DNA from: Candidatus Eiseniibacteriota bacterium
Lineage (GTDB): Bacteria > Eisenbacteria > RBG-16-71-46 > CAZAMP01
Length of the DNA: 64,000 bases
Assembly (NCBI GenBank): GCA_965224245.1
Contig: OZ245046.1
Location: 5,472,001 to 5,536,000, forward strand
Direction: 5' to 3'
In this document: piece after piece, positions 9,669 through 19,698 of the stretch
How the letters are laid out: every line of letters starts with the position of its first letter
Numbering within the stretch: position 1 is the stretch's first letter
The notes under the pieces: model-generated
The model's database searches: none
Told to the model about the DNA's origin: nothing
What the model saw: the letters and a program-made list of their open reading frames with translations, nothing else
Made by a program: the position numbers and the translations under genes

Positions 9669-12600
9669 GTGCCGCGCGACAGAGCCCACTCCGATCGATT
9701 CCCCAGCTTCGACGGCGCGTGCGGGTCATGCGCCGCCTTCGGCGCGGGGCTCCTGGCCCTGGCCACGACCCTCGCCGGGTCGGCGTCGGCCGAGTGCACG
9801 CTGAGCGCGTCCGACGCGGCCCGCGTCACGCAGCTCGAGGATGCGGTCGAGCGCCACGTCACCACGGCACGCTTCGACTCCGCCAGCGTGGCGGCGGAGG
9901 AGATCGAGACGCTGTGGTCGCGGGCCGACGTCGCGGGCATGCCGTGCGGTCCCGCGATCGAGTGGCGCTGGGAGCACGACGCCTACCGGACCGTGGCCGG
10001 GCTGGACGCACCGGACCGCGAGCGGTTCGCCCGCTCGTCCGGGGAGCTGCGACACGCCATCGCGCTCCAGCGCGGGAGTCACACCGACAGCGCCGTCGTC
10101 ATCTTCGAGAGCATCGCGTCGCTCTACTCCCGCACGCTCGGTCCCGGCCATCCGTGGACGGCGCAGGTCGACGGGCGGCTCGCGCTGGCGCTTCACGCCG
10201 ATCGGCGTCCCGACGAGGCGCTGCCCATCGCGTACCGGTACCTCGACGGGCTGGTGTCCGCGTACGGAGAAGAGCACGTGGAGGTCGCGAAGGCGGAGTA
10301 CAACGTCGCCCGCATCGAGCGGGCGCTCGGACACTTTCCCGACGCCGAGGCACTCCTACGGTCGTCGCTGGCCCGGCGCGAGCGACTCTTCGGGGCCGAC
10401 GGCGCCGGTGTCGTGGTGGCGCTGACCGCGCTGGCCGACGTGTTGAAGGAGCTCGGCCGATACGCCGAGGCGGCGCCCCTGGCCCGGCGATCGGTGGCGA
10501 TCCGTCGAGCCGAGTACGGCGACGACCACCCGCGGGTCGCCACCGGGCTCAACGGGCTCGGAACGATCCTGGAGGCGCTCGGCGAGTATCGAGAGGCCGA
10601 GCGCGCGTATCGCGAGGCGCTGGCCATTCGCGAGGCGTCGCTGGCCGCGGAGGATCCCGGCATTGCCTACGTGCTCCGGAATCTCGCGATCACGCTTCAG
10701 CGACAGGGACGGTTCACCGAGGCGGCGGCGCTGCTGGCCCGCTCGATCTCGATCGCGGAGGCGGCCTGGGGACGGGACGACGATCGCGTGGCCCGGCACG
10801 TGCGATCGCTCGCGCTGGTGTACGCGGCGCTCGGCGACCACGAGCGGGCCGAGGCGCTCGATCGTGAGGTGATCGCCACGCTGCGCCGGGCCCTCGGCGA
10901 CGAGCATCCCGAGGTGGCCAAGACGCTCCTGAACCTCGTCGACGCGCTCGTGCCCCAGAGACGACATGCCGAGGCGATGACCGTGCTGGACGAGGCGATC
11001 GAGATCGGACGCCGCCCGAACGCCTCGCGCGTCCATCTCGCGACGAGCCTGATGATGAAGGGTGTGCTCCTCCGGCGCGACCATCGTCTCGACGAAGCCG
11101 AGGTCGCGGTCGAGGAGGCGCTCGGCATCCTGCGCGAGCAGGTGGACGCCGACCATCCGCTGGTGGCGCAGACTCTGGAGTCGCTAGGGGGGCTGGCCCG
11201 CGCTCGCGGTGACTACCGGACCGCGTTGACGTTTCTGACGCAGGCCACCGAGGCGAGGCGCGCGCGGCTCGGTCCCGAGCACCAGCGCGTGGCATCGGGG
11301 CTTCTCGCATCCGCGCTGTGTCATCTCGGGCTCGGCGAGGGCGACGCGGCATACCGGGACGCGGCCGAGGCCGAGGAGGTGGCCCGCGATCATCTCGCGC
11401 TGATGAGCTCGGCGACGTCGGAGGCTCTCGCGCTCGCGTACGCCGACACACGCACGTCGGGGCTGGATCTCATGACGACGCTGGCGGTGGAGCCGGTGAC
11501 CGAGCACGGCGATCCTCCGACCCCGTCGGCCGACATCGCCCGTCAGGCCCGCGTATCCGCGACGTGGGATGCGATCGTCCGCTCGCGAGGACTCGTCGTG
11601 GACGCGATGGCGGCCCGACAGCGGCGCGCGTTCGAGACCGCGTCGGACCGGGTCCGTTCGCTCGTCTCCGAGCTGGCCGATGCGCGCGAGCAGCTGGCCA
11701 ACCTGGCCTTCACGAACGTCGACGAGGTGGAGGAGGATGTGTACCGGCGCTCGCTGGCCGCGGCTCGCTCGCGCCGGCGCGAGGCCGAGGAGGCGCTGAC
11801 GCGCGAGATGGGCGCGGTGCCGGGCGCGGTGGCCGACGTGGGTCTCGCGGACGTCCGCGCGGGGCTCCCGGCCGACGGCGCGCTGGTGGCGTACTGGCGC
11901 TACGAGCGGGCCGATGCGCGGCCGGATGCACCACGTGAGCCGAGGATCGGCGCGTTCGTTCTCGCGGGACCCGATCGCGCCCCGCGCGCGATCGACCTCG
12001 GTCCCGAGCGCGCGATCGACGACGCGGTCCGGGCCTGGCGCGCGACGCTCGTGGACGCCGCCACGCGATCCGACCTCGCCGGCGCCGAGGACGACCACCG
12101 CCGTGCATCGCGACGGCTGGCCGAGCGGATCTGGGATCCGATCCGGCGCGACGTCGCGGACGCCGGACACGTCTTCGTCGTGCCGGACGGCGCCGTGCTG
12201 GTCGTGAACCTCGCGGCGCTGGTCGGTCCCGACGGACGGTACCTCGTCGAGAGCGAGACGCCGCTGACGACGCTGGGCGTCGAGCGGGACCTCGTCGACG
12301 CCCCGGGCGAGAGCGCCGGGGGGCTTCTCCTCGTCGGGGATCCCGACTACGGAGAGGCGCTGGTCACGGTCTCGCCCGGCGGGTCGGCGACGCCCGCCGA
12401 CCGGACGGACGCGCCGGGCTTCGCGCCGCTCCCGGGGACCCGGGTCGAGGTGGAGACGATCGCAGGGCTGTGGGACGCCCCCGAGGATCTGGTCGTGCTG
12501 ACCGGCGCCGACGCCACCGAGGCCGCCTTCAAGCGCGCGGCACCGCGGTTCGGCCTGCTCCACGTGGCGACGCACGGGTTCTTTCTCGATGCCGGGACCA

Positions 12601-13109
12601 CCCGTCGCGAGGGGCTCCGCGGCGCCGGCGAGATCGCCGTCGCGTCCTCGTCGAGCCGCCCTCGGCGCGCGCCACGGAGCCCGCTCCTCCGGTCGGGGCT
12701 CGTCCTGGCCGGCGCGAACGCACGCGGAGAGCGGGACGGCGACGCCGACGACGGCATCCTGACCGCCGAGGAGATCGCCGGGCTCGATCTGGCCCGGGTC
12801 GGGTGCGTGGTGCTGTCGGCGTGCGACACCGGGCTGGGAGAGGTGCGGGCCGGCGAGGGGGTCTTCGGCCTGCGGCGGGCGTTTCGCATCGCCGGCGCGC
12901 ACGGGGTGGTCATGAGCCTGTGGCCGGTGGACGACACGGCGACAGAGGCGTGGATGCGCGCCTGGTATCGCGCCCGGCTCGACGACCGGGTGGGCATGAC
13001 GGAGGCGGTACGGGTCGCGTCACGGTCGGTGATCCGCGATCGCCGCGCGCGGGGGGAGAGCACGCACCCGTTTCTGTGGGGTGCGTTCGTCGGCGTCGGG
13101 CGCGAGTGA
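9669..13109 (+). CDS. TPR-CHAT (caspase-like, clan CD) protease with signal-peptide-like N-terminus
   Basis: Kinesin-light-chain-type TPRs ('GDDHPRVATGLNGLG', 'GDEHPEVAKTLLNL'); catalytic His 'HVATHGF' and Cys 'VLSACDTGLG'; 'SLWPVDD'; 'HPFLWGAFV'; hydrophobic 'FGAGLLALATTLAGSASA'. Confidence 0.93.
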   Translation: MPRDRAHSDRFPSFDGACGSCAAFGAGLLALATTLAGSASAECTLSASDAARVTQLEDAVERHVTTARFDSASVAAEEIETLWSRADVAGMPCGPAIEWRWEHDAYRTVAGLDAPDRERFARSSGELRHAIALQRGSHTDSAVVIFESIASLYSRTLGPGHPWTAQVDGRLALALHADRRPDEALPIAYRYLDGLVSAYGEEHVEVAKAEYNVARIERALGHFPDAEALLRSSLARRERLFGADGAGVVVALTALADVLKELGRYAEAAPLARRSVAIRRAEYGDDHPRVATGLNGLGTILEALGEYREAERAYREALAIREASLAAEDPGIAYVLRNLAITLQRQGRFTEAAALLARSISIAEAAWGRDDDRVARHVRSLALVYAALGDHERAEALDREVIATLRRALGDEHPEVAKTLLNLVDALVPQRRHAEAMTVLDEAIEIGRRPNASRVHLATSLMMKGVLLRRDHRLDEAEVAVEEALGILREQVDADHPLVAQTLESLGGLARARGDYRTALTFLTQATEARRARLGPEHQRVASGLLASALCHLGLGEGDAAYRDAAEAEEVARDHLALMSSATSEALALAYADTRTSGLDLMTTLAVEPVTEHGDPPTPSADIARQARVSATWDAIVRSRGLVVDAMAARQRRAFETASDRVRSLVSELADAREQLANLAFTNVDEVEEDVYRRSLAAARSRRREAEEALTREMGAVPGAVADVGLADVRAGLPADGALVAYWRYERADARPDAPREPRIGAFVLAGPDRAPRAIDLGPERAIDDAVRAWRATLVDAATRSDLAGAEDDHRRASRRLAERIWDPIRRDVADAGHVFVVPDGAVLVVNLAALVGPDGRYLVESETPLTTLGVERDLVDAPGESAGGLLLVGDPDYGEALVTVSPGGSATPADRTDAPGFAPLPGTRVEVETIAGLWDAPEDLVVLTGADATEAAFKRAAPRFGLLHVATHGFFLDAGTTRREGLRGAGEIAVASSSSRPRRAPRSPLLRSGLVLAGANARGERDGDADDGILTAEEIAGLDLARVGCVVLSACDTGLGEVRAGEGVFGLRRAFRIAGAHGVVMSLWPVDDTATEAWMRAWYRARLDDRVGMTEAVRVASRSVIRDRRARGESTHPFLWGAFVGVGRE

Positions 13110-13226
13110 GTCGACGGAGTCCGCCGCGCGAGGCGCCGGCGGGCTCAGCGCACGACGGCCGTCGCCGGTGGCCGCAACACGTCCCACGGGTCCGGGCGCG
13201 TGCGGATGGAGATCGCGCCATCGCGA

Positions 13227-14903
13227 TCAACGTCGGCGCGGTGCGAACGCGTAGCCGATCGACAGCTCCACCCATCGCTCACCGTGCGGCGCGGTGCCGG
13301 CGTGATGAAAGTGGTACGTGCCCGCGACCTCGATCGCCGCGTCGCCGCGTGTCGGCAGGCGAACGCCGGCGCCGGCGTAGAAGCCGGCCTGCGTCGATTC
13401 GCGCGCGATGAGGTCGCCCTCCAGCGCGACGCGATGGCCGGCGCCCCCGGCCCGCACGAACGCCTCGTTCCCGCTCGATGGGAGATCGACGTCGGCGCGA
13501 AGGCCGGCCGAGAACTGCGTCAGGGTGTAGTGCGGGTCGCGATCCTCCTCGGGCTCGGTGTCGACCAGAGCGGAGTAGCGCCCGCTCAGCGCCGCGCGCA
13601 TCAGCGATGTCTCCGCGGAGGCCGGTGAGCCGTCGATCGGGAACCGGGAGCCGACGCGGATGCCGTTGCCGTGGGAGATCCCCACCGACAGGCCGCGAAG
13701 CGGCGTCACCCGCGCGTACGCGACCGAGAACGACGGTGTCGACAGATGACGGGGTCGGGGCCGATCGCCGGAGGCGACGATCTCCAGCCCGAACTTGTTG
13801 ACCGACGACTCGAGGGCGCGTGCTTGTGGGACGCGCGCGTAGTCGAAGCGGAGATCGACCGCGAGAGGCAGGGGCACGACGATCCCCATGCCGTAGGTAT
13901 GATCGAGGATGTCCCCGTCCCGGTCGTGTACGTATCCGAATCGGCCGAACACGATTCCCTCCGCCGACACCTCGTTGCCCCAGTTGCGAATGAAACGCTC
14001 GCGATAGCTGCCGTCCTCGGCCAGGATGATCTGCGGCTGATTGCTGTCGAAGGCGGCCGTCCACGCGAGCGGGCCGGCAACGATCTCCACGGCGACGCCG
14101 TCGCGGCGGATCCGGCCCAGCGGCGAGGCCTGTCCCTCGTCGATGAAGGTGATGCTCTCCTTGCCGTTTCCGAGGAACGTCCGGTTCGTCCAGGCCATGC
14201 CGGCCGACACGCGGAGTGCAGGGGAGGTGAGCGCGGGCGGGCCACCCAGTGGACGCCACACCGGCGTGCGCACGATGAGTCCGTAATCCCACACCCAGGC
14301 GTCGCCCTTGCCCGCTTCGCCGTCCGGTGTGGCCCAGGCCGGCGCGAGATCGACCGTGACCTCCTTGACCGTGACCCCGACCGAGAGCACGTCGCCCGGA
14401 ACGTACGGGATCGACTCGCGCACGGACCGGGGCGCGAGCTCGAGCGGCGTGAGCGCCAGTGTTGCGCCCAGCGCTCGCTCGTACGACTCGAACTCGCCGA
14501 GCTCCTCTTCCTCGTCGCTGATCGCGGTCGAGAGGCCGTAGCTGAGATCGGTCGTCTGGAGCGAGATCGCGACGCCCCGGAGCGGCACGGTCGCGGCCCA
14601 GAATCCGAACGTGACGTCGTGCGCGAGACCGGGAACCAGCACGGTCAGAGGTTCGGTTCCGAACAGGCGCGGCGATCGCACGTTCGTCACCGCGGCGGGG
14701 TTCCACCAGGCGGCGGTGCCGTCCGACGCGATGGCCGATCCGGCCCGTCCCATCCCGTCGTATCGACCACCGGGGGTGATGAGGAGCGACTGGGCGCCCG
14801 CGGTGCTCTGTGCGTACGCGTCGCGGCTGATCATCGACAGCGAGCAAGTGATCAGACCGGTCACCGCGAGCCGGTGCCAACGCGCCGTCGGGAGTCGTGT
14901 CAC
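13227..14903 (-). CDS. PorV/PorQ-family outer-membrane beta-barrel with an extra C-terminal OMP-like barrel
   Basis: Signal peptide then 'AQSLLITPGGRYDGMGRAGSAIASDGTAAWWNPAAV', the typical PorV/FadL-like N-terminus; GTG 14903 preceded by AAGGAGG. Confidence 0.75.
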   Translation of the reverse strand: MTRLPTARWHRLAVTGLITCSLSMISRDAYAQSTAGAQSLLITPGGRYDGMGRAGSAIASDGTAAWWNPAAVTNVRSPRLFGTEPLTVLVPGLAHDVTFGFWAATVPLRGVAISLQTTDLSYGLSTAISDEEEELGEFESYERALGATLALTPLELAPRSVRESIPYVPGDVLSVGVTVKEVTVDLAPAWATPDGEAGKGDAWVWDYGLIVRTPVWRPLGGPPALTSPALRVSAGMAWTNRTFLGNGKESITFIDEGQASPLGRIRRDGVAVEIVAGPLAWTAAFDSNQPQIILAEDGSYRERFIRNWGNEVSAEGIVFGRFGYVHDRDGDILDHTYGMGIVVPLPLAVDLRFDYARVPQARALESSVNKFGLEIVASGDRPRPRHLSTPSFSVAYARVTPLRGLSVGISHGNGIRVGSRFPIDGSPASAETSLMRAALSGRYSALVDTEPEEDRDPHYTLTQFSAGLRADVDLPSSGNEAFVRAGGAGHRVALEGDLIARESTQAGFYAGAGVRLPTRGDAAIEVAGTYHFHHAGTAPHGERWVELSIGYAFAPRRR

Positions 14904-15207
14904 GCCGTCCTCCTTCCGTGGGCTCCGGACGATCGGCCGGCGGGAGGGGGTCATGGAGCCGCCTGGGTGCACCCCGCGCTGGGTCGTGCCTCACCCGCTG
15001 TGGCACGCCCGTGCCTGCATGGGTTTTGTAACCCCCGGTGGACCCGCTGCCAACCGGAGGCCGAACGGGTCACGGACCGGTCACCTACCGCCGCCGGACG
15101 CCGCGGCGAGATTCTCGCGAGGGCCGTGTCGGTGATCGTCCGAAAACGTCGCCCATGGAGATACCCGCGATCGGGGCCCCGCACCCCGGACCTGGAGGAT
15201 CTCCAAG

Positions 15208-17721
15208 ATGCTGTCTCTCAGTCTGTTGCGTGACAAGAAGCGGCCCACGGCGCTGATCGCGTCGCTCGTCGTCTCGGTCGTCCCGGTGGCGATGGCCCCG
15301 GCCGCCCCCGCCGATCCCGCCGCCGCCGCCGCCGGCGGCCGGTACGCCAGCGAGCCCGACTGGATCGAGGTGATCTTCGCGCCCACGTCCCGCGTTCGCC
15401 TGCGGGACGGTGCGCTGCGCGACCTCGGAGAGCCCGCGCTGGCCGGGGTCGGCGTCGTGCTGGCGCAGGTGGATGCGCCGCAGTGGCATCGGCTCACGCA
15501 CCTCGAGGAGTCCGAGATCGATGCGATGCGCGAACGCGGCATCGCGAACACGGGCCGCGACGTCCCCGATCTCAACAACGTCTACCGCCTCCACGTCGGC
15601 TCCGGCGAGGTCTGGGACCTGAGTGCGAAGCTGGAGGCCCTGCCGGGAATCGCGCTGGCACGACCAGTTCCGCTGCCGGTTCCGGCGCCGATACCGCCCG
15701 CGTATGCCCAGGAGTATCGCGCGTCCGGCGCGTGGAGCCCGTCGGGGATGGGGCACGACTACTTCGCGCAGTTCCCGTTCGGCACCGGAGCCGGCGCGCA
15801 CGTGTGTGATCTCGAGTACAACTGGACGTTCACCCACGCCGACGTGTCGAAGCTCGCCGGCTCGCAGATCAACCCGACGTTCGTGCCCTGGGGTGGCGAG
15901 GAGCACGGTACCGCCGTGGCGGGCATGCTCGTGGCCGACGACAACGGCTGGGGCATCACCGGGCTCTGTCCCGATGCGAACTTCTGGACCTGTGGCACCT
16001 ACTACGGGGCCGCGCCCACGTGGAATCCGGCGGGCGCGATCCTGATCGCGAGCGCCTTCCTGCCGCCCGGTGGCGTGATCCTGCTCGAGCAGCAGTGGGA
16101 CTACGACGACCCGACGACGACCGGGCCCGACTACGTCCCGATCGAGTTCTACCTGGACTACTGGCCGTCGGCTCAGACCGCGAACGCCGTCTACCAGGCG
16201 ATCCAGCTGGCGACCGCGAACCTCCAGTACGTCGTCGAGGCGGCAGGGAACGGCAGCTACGACCTGGGCTCCATCGGGGTCGTCGGGGACTCGGGCGCGA
16301 TCATCGTCGGCGCCGGCGGCGGAACGGCGGGGAACGATCGTCAACGGCTCCCGTTCTCCAGCCACGGGTTCCGCGTCAACGTGCAGGGGTGGGGCGAGAA
16401 CGTCGTGACCACCGGCTACGGCACGCTGTGGGAGGAGGGCCTCACCGACGACTACGACTTCACGGCGACGTTCTCGGGGACGTCGAGCGCATCGGCCCAC
16501 GTCGCCGGCGCGGTGACCGTGTACTCGGCGTTCCACACGCCGACGTTCGGGGTGCTCGCGCCGAACACGATGCGCGACCAGCTCATCCTCAACGGGACCG
16601 ACCAGGTCTACGGGCTGCCCGGCTACATCGGACCGCGACCGGATCTGATGCGTCTTCACATGCTGTACGCACCGTATCCGATGCACCTGGGCCGCGACTT
16701 CGGCGACGCGCCGGAGGGCGTCCGGGCCTATCCGCCGACGCCCATCATCGGAGAGTTCCCCACGGTCTTCGGCCCGAGCGTCTCACCGGATGCGATGATG
16801 CACGCGCCTCACCCGGGGATCGCGCTGCACCTGGGGAGCATGATCGACTACGAGTTCGAGGGGAACGGAGGTGTGCCGTACCTCCAGTTCCACGAGGTTG
16901 ACTGGGACGAGTGCGACGACGCGTCGCCGGCGGACGACGGGCTTCTCTTCCCGCGCTCGTTCACGATCGACGGCGGGACGATCGCGCCGTGCACCACGCC
17001 CGACGTGCTCGGTCCGCGGTGCGGGCTCGTGAGCTGGGGCACCGACATCGACGTCGAGATCGTCAACCAGCTCCCCGACCCGGCGTACCTGAACGTGATC
17101 TTCGACTGGAACCAGGACGGGAAGTGGGGAGGCTCCGACAACGGATGCGGCTTTCGCGTGCCCGAGCTGGCCCTGGAGAACGTGCCCATCCCGACGACCG
17201 GAGCCACGCCGGTCCCGCTCTCGCAGCTCGTCCCGGGGCTGCCCCCGATCGCCACCGGCTCGGGGTCGGTGGTCTGGGTCCGGTTCACGTTGACCGACAC
17301 CCCGCTCCCGTTCCCGGCGACGTGGGACGGCGGGCTCGGATCCGGCGGCTGGGGCGTGATGCCCTACGGGGAGACCGAGGACTTCCTCCTGGCGCTCGAC
17401 GAGGAGTCGCTGGCCGTAGGCGATGGCGCGGGCACCGGCGGCGCCGTGCTGGAGATCGCCGGCGCGTTCCCGAACCCGTTCCGGAGCCGGATCGCCATCG
17501 GCTTCTCGCTCGAGTCGGCGACCGCGGTGACGGTCCGCATCTTCGACGTGTCCGGACGGCTGGTGCGCGATCTCGGGGCCGTTCCCCTGGACGCGGGCCC
17601 GCACCGCATCGTCTGGGACGGCCGCGACCAGGGTGCTCGTGACGTGGCGAACGGGCAGTACTTCGCCACGATCCGTGCGGCCGACACCGAGCGCACGGTC
17701 CGCCTTCAGCTCCTTCGCTGA
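15208..17721 (+). CDS. Secreted S8 subtilisin-like serine peptidase with GEVED-like and FlgD-Ig/T9SS-like C-terminal domains
   Basis: Triad D (VCDLE), H (HGTAVAG), S (FSGTSSAS) and oxyanion N (AAGNG); 'DFGDAP...FDWNQDG...GETEDF'; 'FPNPF...WDGRD'; GGAGG RBS. Confidence 0.9.
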   Translation: MLSLSLLRDKKRPTALIASLVVSVVPVAMAPAAPADPAAAAAGGRYASEPDWIEVIFAPTSRVRLRDGALRDLGEPALAGVGVVLAQVDAPQWHRLTHLEESEIDAMRERGIANTGRDVPDLNNVYRLHVGSGEVWDLSAKLEALPGIALARPVPLPVPAPIPPAYAQEYRASGAWSPSGMGHDYFAQFPFGTGAGAHVCDLEYNWTFTHADVSKLAGSQINPTFVPWGGEEHGTAVAGMLVADDNGWGITGLCPDANFWTCGTYYGAAPTWNPAGAILIASAFLPPGGVILLEQQWDYDDPTTTGPDYVPIEFYLDYWPSAQTANAVYQAIQLATANLQYVVEAAGNGSYDLGSIGVVGDSGAIIVGAGGGTAGNDRQRLPFSSHGFRVNVQGWGENVVTTGYGTLWEEGLTDDYDFTATFSGTSSASAHVAGAVTVYSAFHTPTFGVLAPNTMRDQLILNGTDQVYGLPGYIGPRPDLMRLHMLYAPYPMHLGRDFGDAPEGVRAYPPTPIIGEFPTVFGPSVSPDAMMHAPHPGIALHLGSMIDYEFEGNGGVPYLQFHEVDWDECDDASPADDGLLFPRSFTIDGGTIAPCTTPDVLGPRCGLVSWGTDIDVEIVNQLPDPAYLNVIFDWNQDGKWGGSDNGCGFRVPELALENVPIPTTGATPVPLSQLVPGLPPIATGSGSVVWVRFTLTDTPLPFPATWDGGLGSGGWGVMPYGETEDFLLALDEESLAVGDGAGTGGAVLEIAGAFPNPFRSRIAIGFSLESATAVTVRIFDVSGRLVRDLGAVPLDAGPHRIVWDGRDQGARDVANGQYFATIRAADTERTVRLQLLR

Positions 17722-17745
17722 TCGCGGACCGTCACGGCCCACGAG

Positions 17746-17792
17746 GGCGTCGTGCGGGGGAGCCACCGGTCGAGTGGCTCTCGCACGACGCC
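17746..17792 (+). terminator. Long imperfect hairpin after the S8 gene
   Basis: GGCGTCGTGCG..GAGCCAC / GTGGCTC.CGCACGACGCC; no U-tract. Confidence 0.4.
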
Positions 17793-17895
17793 GGCGAGCC
17801 CCCCATCCCTTGCCGAGCCCGGTATCGTGCAACCCGGACCCCAGCGCCTCCGTTGCCCCTCGAGACGTCCACTCCAACGGAAGGATCCCGACGAC

Positions 17896-19674
17896 ATGGC
17901 CACCACGACCCGCGCGCCCCGCGCTCGCCGCCCAGGCTGGATCATCGGGACCGGCGCCTTCCGGTCGACCGTCACGACCGGACTGCTCTCGGTGATCGCG
18001 GGTCTCTCGGTGCTCGCCACGGATATCGTCGCACCCGTGTCGACGGCCGAGGCCTCCGAGCCGCGATCTGCGGACGGCGGCGCCGACGAGCGCCGGGACG
18101 ATCTCGCCGTTCTGGTCGATCGGATCCGGGCGATCCATCCCGATCCGTTCCTCGCCACGCCGGAGGCGGATTTCGACGCCCACGTCGAGGCGCTGGAGGC
18201 TCGCCTCGAGACGCTGACCGACGTCGAGCTGCTCGTGGAGCTTCAGCGCCTGGTGGCGCTTCTTCACGATGGTCACTCCGCGATCAACCTCGGATCGGCG
18301 GGATCCCCGTTCGATCTTCAGTATCCGGTGGTGATCTACCCGTTCGACGACGGCGTGTACGTGACCGGGGCGAACGCGGCGTACGCGCGTCTCGTGGGTG
18401 GACGCGTCGTGCGCATCGGCGACCTCCCGGTGGACGACGCGCTGGCCCGGATCCGCGACGCCGTGAGCGGCGAGAACGAGCTCACGTATCAGGATCGCAC
18501 CCCGAACGCGTTGACGATCCCACCCCTCCTGCACGCGCTCGGCATCTCGCCCGACCCCGACCGCGTCGAGATCGAGGTCGAGACCGGGGACGGCTCCCGG
18601 GTGCGCGAGACCGTCGCCCCGGTCGCCGCGAGCGCCTTCACGTTCGTCGGGCCCGAGGTCGTGGGAGACGACGTCGTGAGGGCACGCACGGCGGAGACGC
18701 CGCTGCATCTCCGCGATCCCCGGCGCACGTTCTGGTACGAGCTCCTCGCGGACGAGAAGCTCCTGTACGTGCAGCTCAACGCCGTGCGAAACGAGGCGGA
18801 CGAGTCGTTGCGCGCGTTCTTCGAGCGCGTGTTTGCGCTCGCCGACGAGGAAGATGTAGAGACGTTCGTCCTGGACATTCGCTATAACCACGGCGGCAAC
18901 AACCAGCTCCTGAGGCCACTGATCCACGGTCTCATTCGCCGGAACGAGACCATCGGACGCCCGGGGCATCTGTACACGATCATCGGCAGGGGGACGTTCT
19001 CGGCCGCGGTCTCCTGCACCGCGTGGCTCGAGGAGCACACGAACGTGCGCTTCGTCGGGGAGCCCACGAGCTCGGGGCCAAACCACTTCGGTGATGCCGA
19101 GTCGTTCACGCTGCCGCACTCCGGCGCCCGTGTGTGGATCTCGGCGTGGCGCTGGCAGACACGCCTACCCTGGGACGATCGTGTCTTCTTCGCTCCGGCC
19201 ATCGCGGCGCCGCCGACGTTCGCGGACTACGTCGCGGGCGTGGACCCGTCGCTGGAGGCGATTCGGCTTGCCGGGCACGCTCCGGCCCTCGGGGACGTCC
19301 TCCGGGCCGCCCTGGAGGAAGACGGCGTCGACGCGGCCCGTGAGCGCTACGTCGCCTACAAGGCCGAGCATCCCGACCGGTGGGGCGTGACGACCGAGGC
19401 CGAGCTGAACGCGCTCGGCTACGCCTTGCTCGAGGACGACGCCGTCGGGGCGGCCGTCGCGGTCTTCACGATGAATGCCGAGACGTATCCGTCGAGTGCG
19501 AACACATGGGACAGCCTGGCCGAGGGTCACCTCCGCGCGGGCGATCGGGCGCGCGCGATCGCGCTGTACGAGAAGGCGCTCCAGGTCGATCCCGGATTCG
19601 AGAACGCGCGCCGCATGCTCGCGGAGCTGACGGGATCGCGATCACACGACGGGGGGGCGCGCGGCGGACACTGA
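17896..19674 (+). CDS. S41-family peptidase with C-terminal TPR
   Basis: 'LVALLHDGHS', PDZ-like segment, 'LDIRYNHGGN', 'TFSAA', 'FVGEPT'; TPR 'NALGY...SANTWDSLAE'; start taken at ATG 17896. Confidence 0.85.
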   Translation: MATTTRAPRARRPGWIIGTGAFRSTVTTGLLSVIAGLSVLATDIVAPVSTAEASEPRSADGGADERRDDLAVLVDRIRAIHPDPFLATPEADFDAHVEALEARLETLTDVELLVELQRLVALLHDGHSAINLGSAGSPFDLQYPVVIYPFDDGVYVTGANAAYARLVGGRVVRIGDLPVDDALARIRDAVSGENELTYQDRTPNALTIPPLLHALGISPDPDRVEIEVETGDGSRVRETVAPVAASAFTFVGPEVVGDDVVRARTAETPLHLRDPRRTFWYELLADEKLLYVQLNAVRNEADESLRAFFERVFALADEEDVETFVLDIRYNHGGNNQLLRPLIHGLIRRNETIGRPGHLYTIIGRGTFSAAVSCTAWLEEHTNVRFVGEPTSSGPNHFGDAESFTLPHSGARVWISAWRWQTRLPWDDRVFFAPAIAAPPTFADYVAGVDPSLEAIRLAGHAPALGDVLRAALEEDGVDAARERYVAYKAEHPDRWGVTTEAELNALGYALLEDDAVGAAVAVFTMNAETYPSSANTWDSLAEGHLRAGDRARAIALYEKALQVDPGFENARRMLAELTGSRSHDGGARGGH

Positions 19675-19698
19675 CGCGTACGTGCAGGCGAGCCGCGG

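Noticed and set aside
15001-15016. TGGCACG sigma54-like site upstream of the S8 gene
   Set aside because: Spacing is GG-N9-GC rather than N10; it is a short palindrome (GGCAC-N5-GTGCC)
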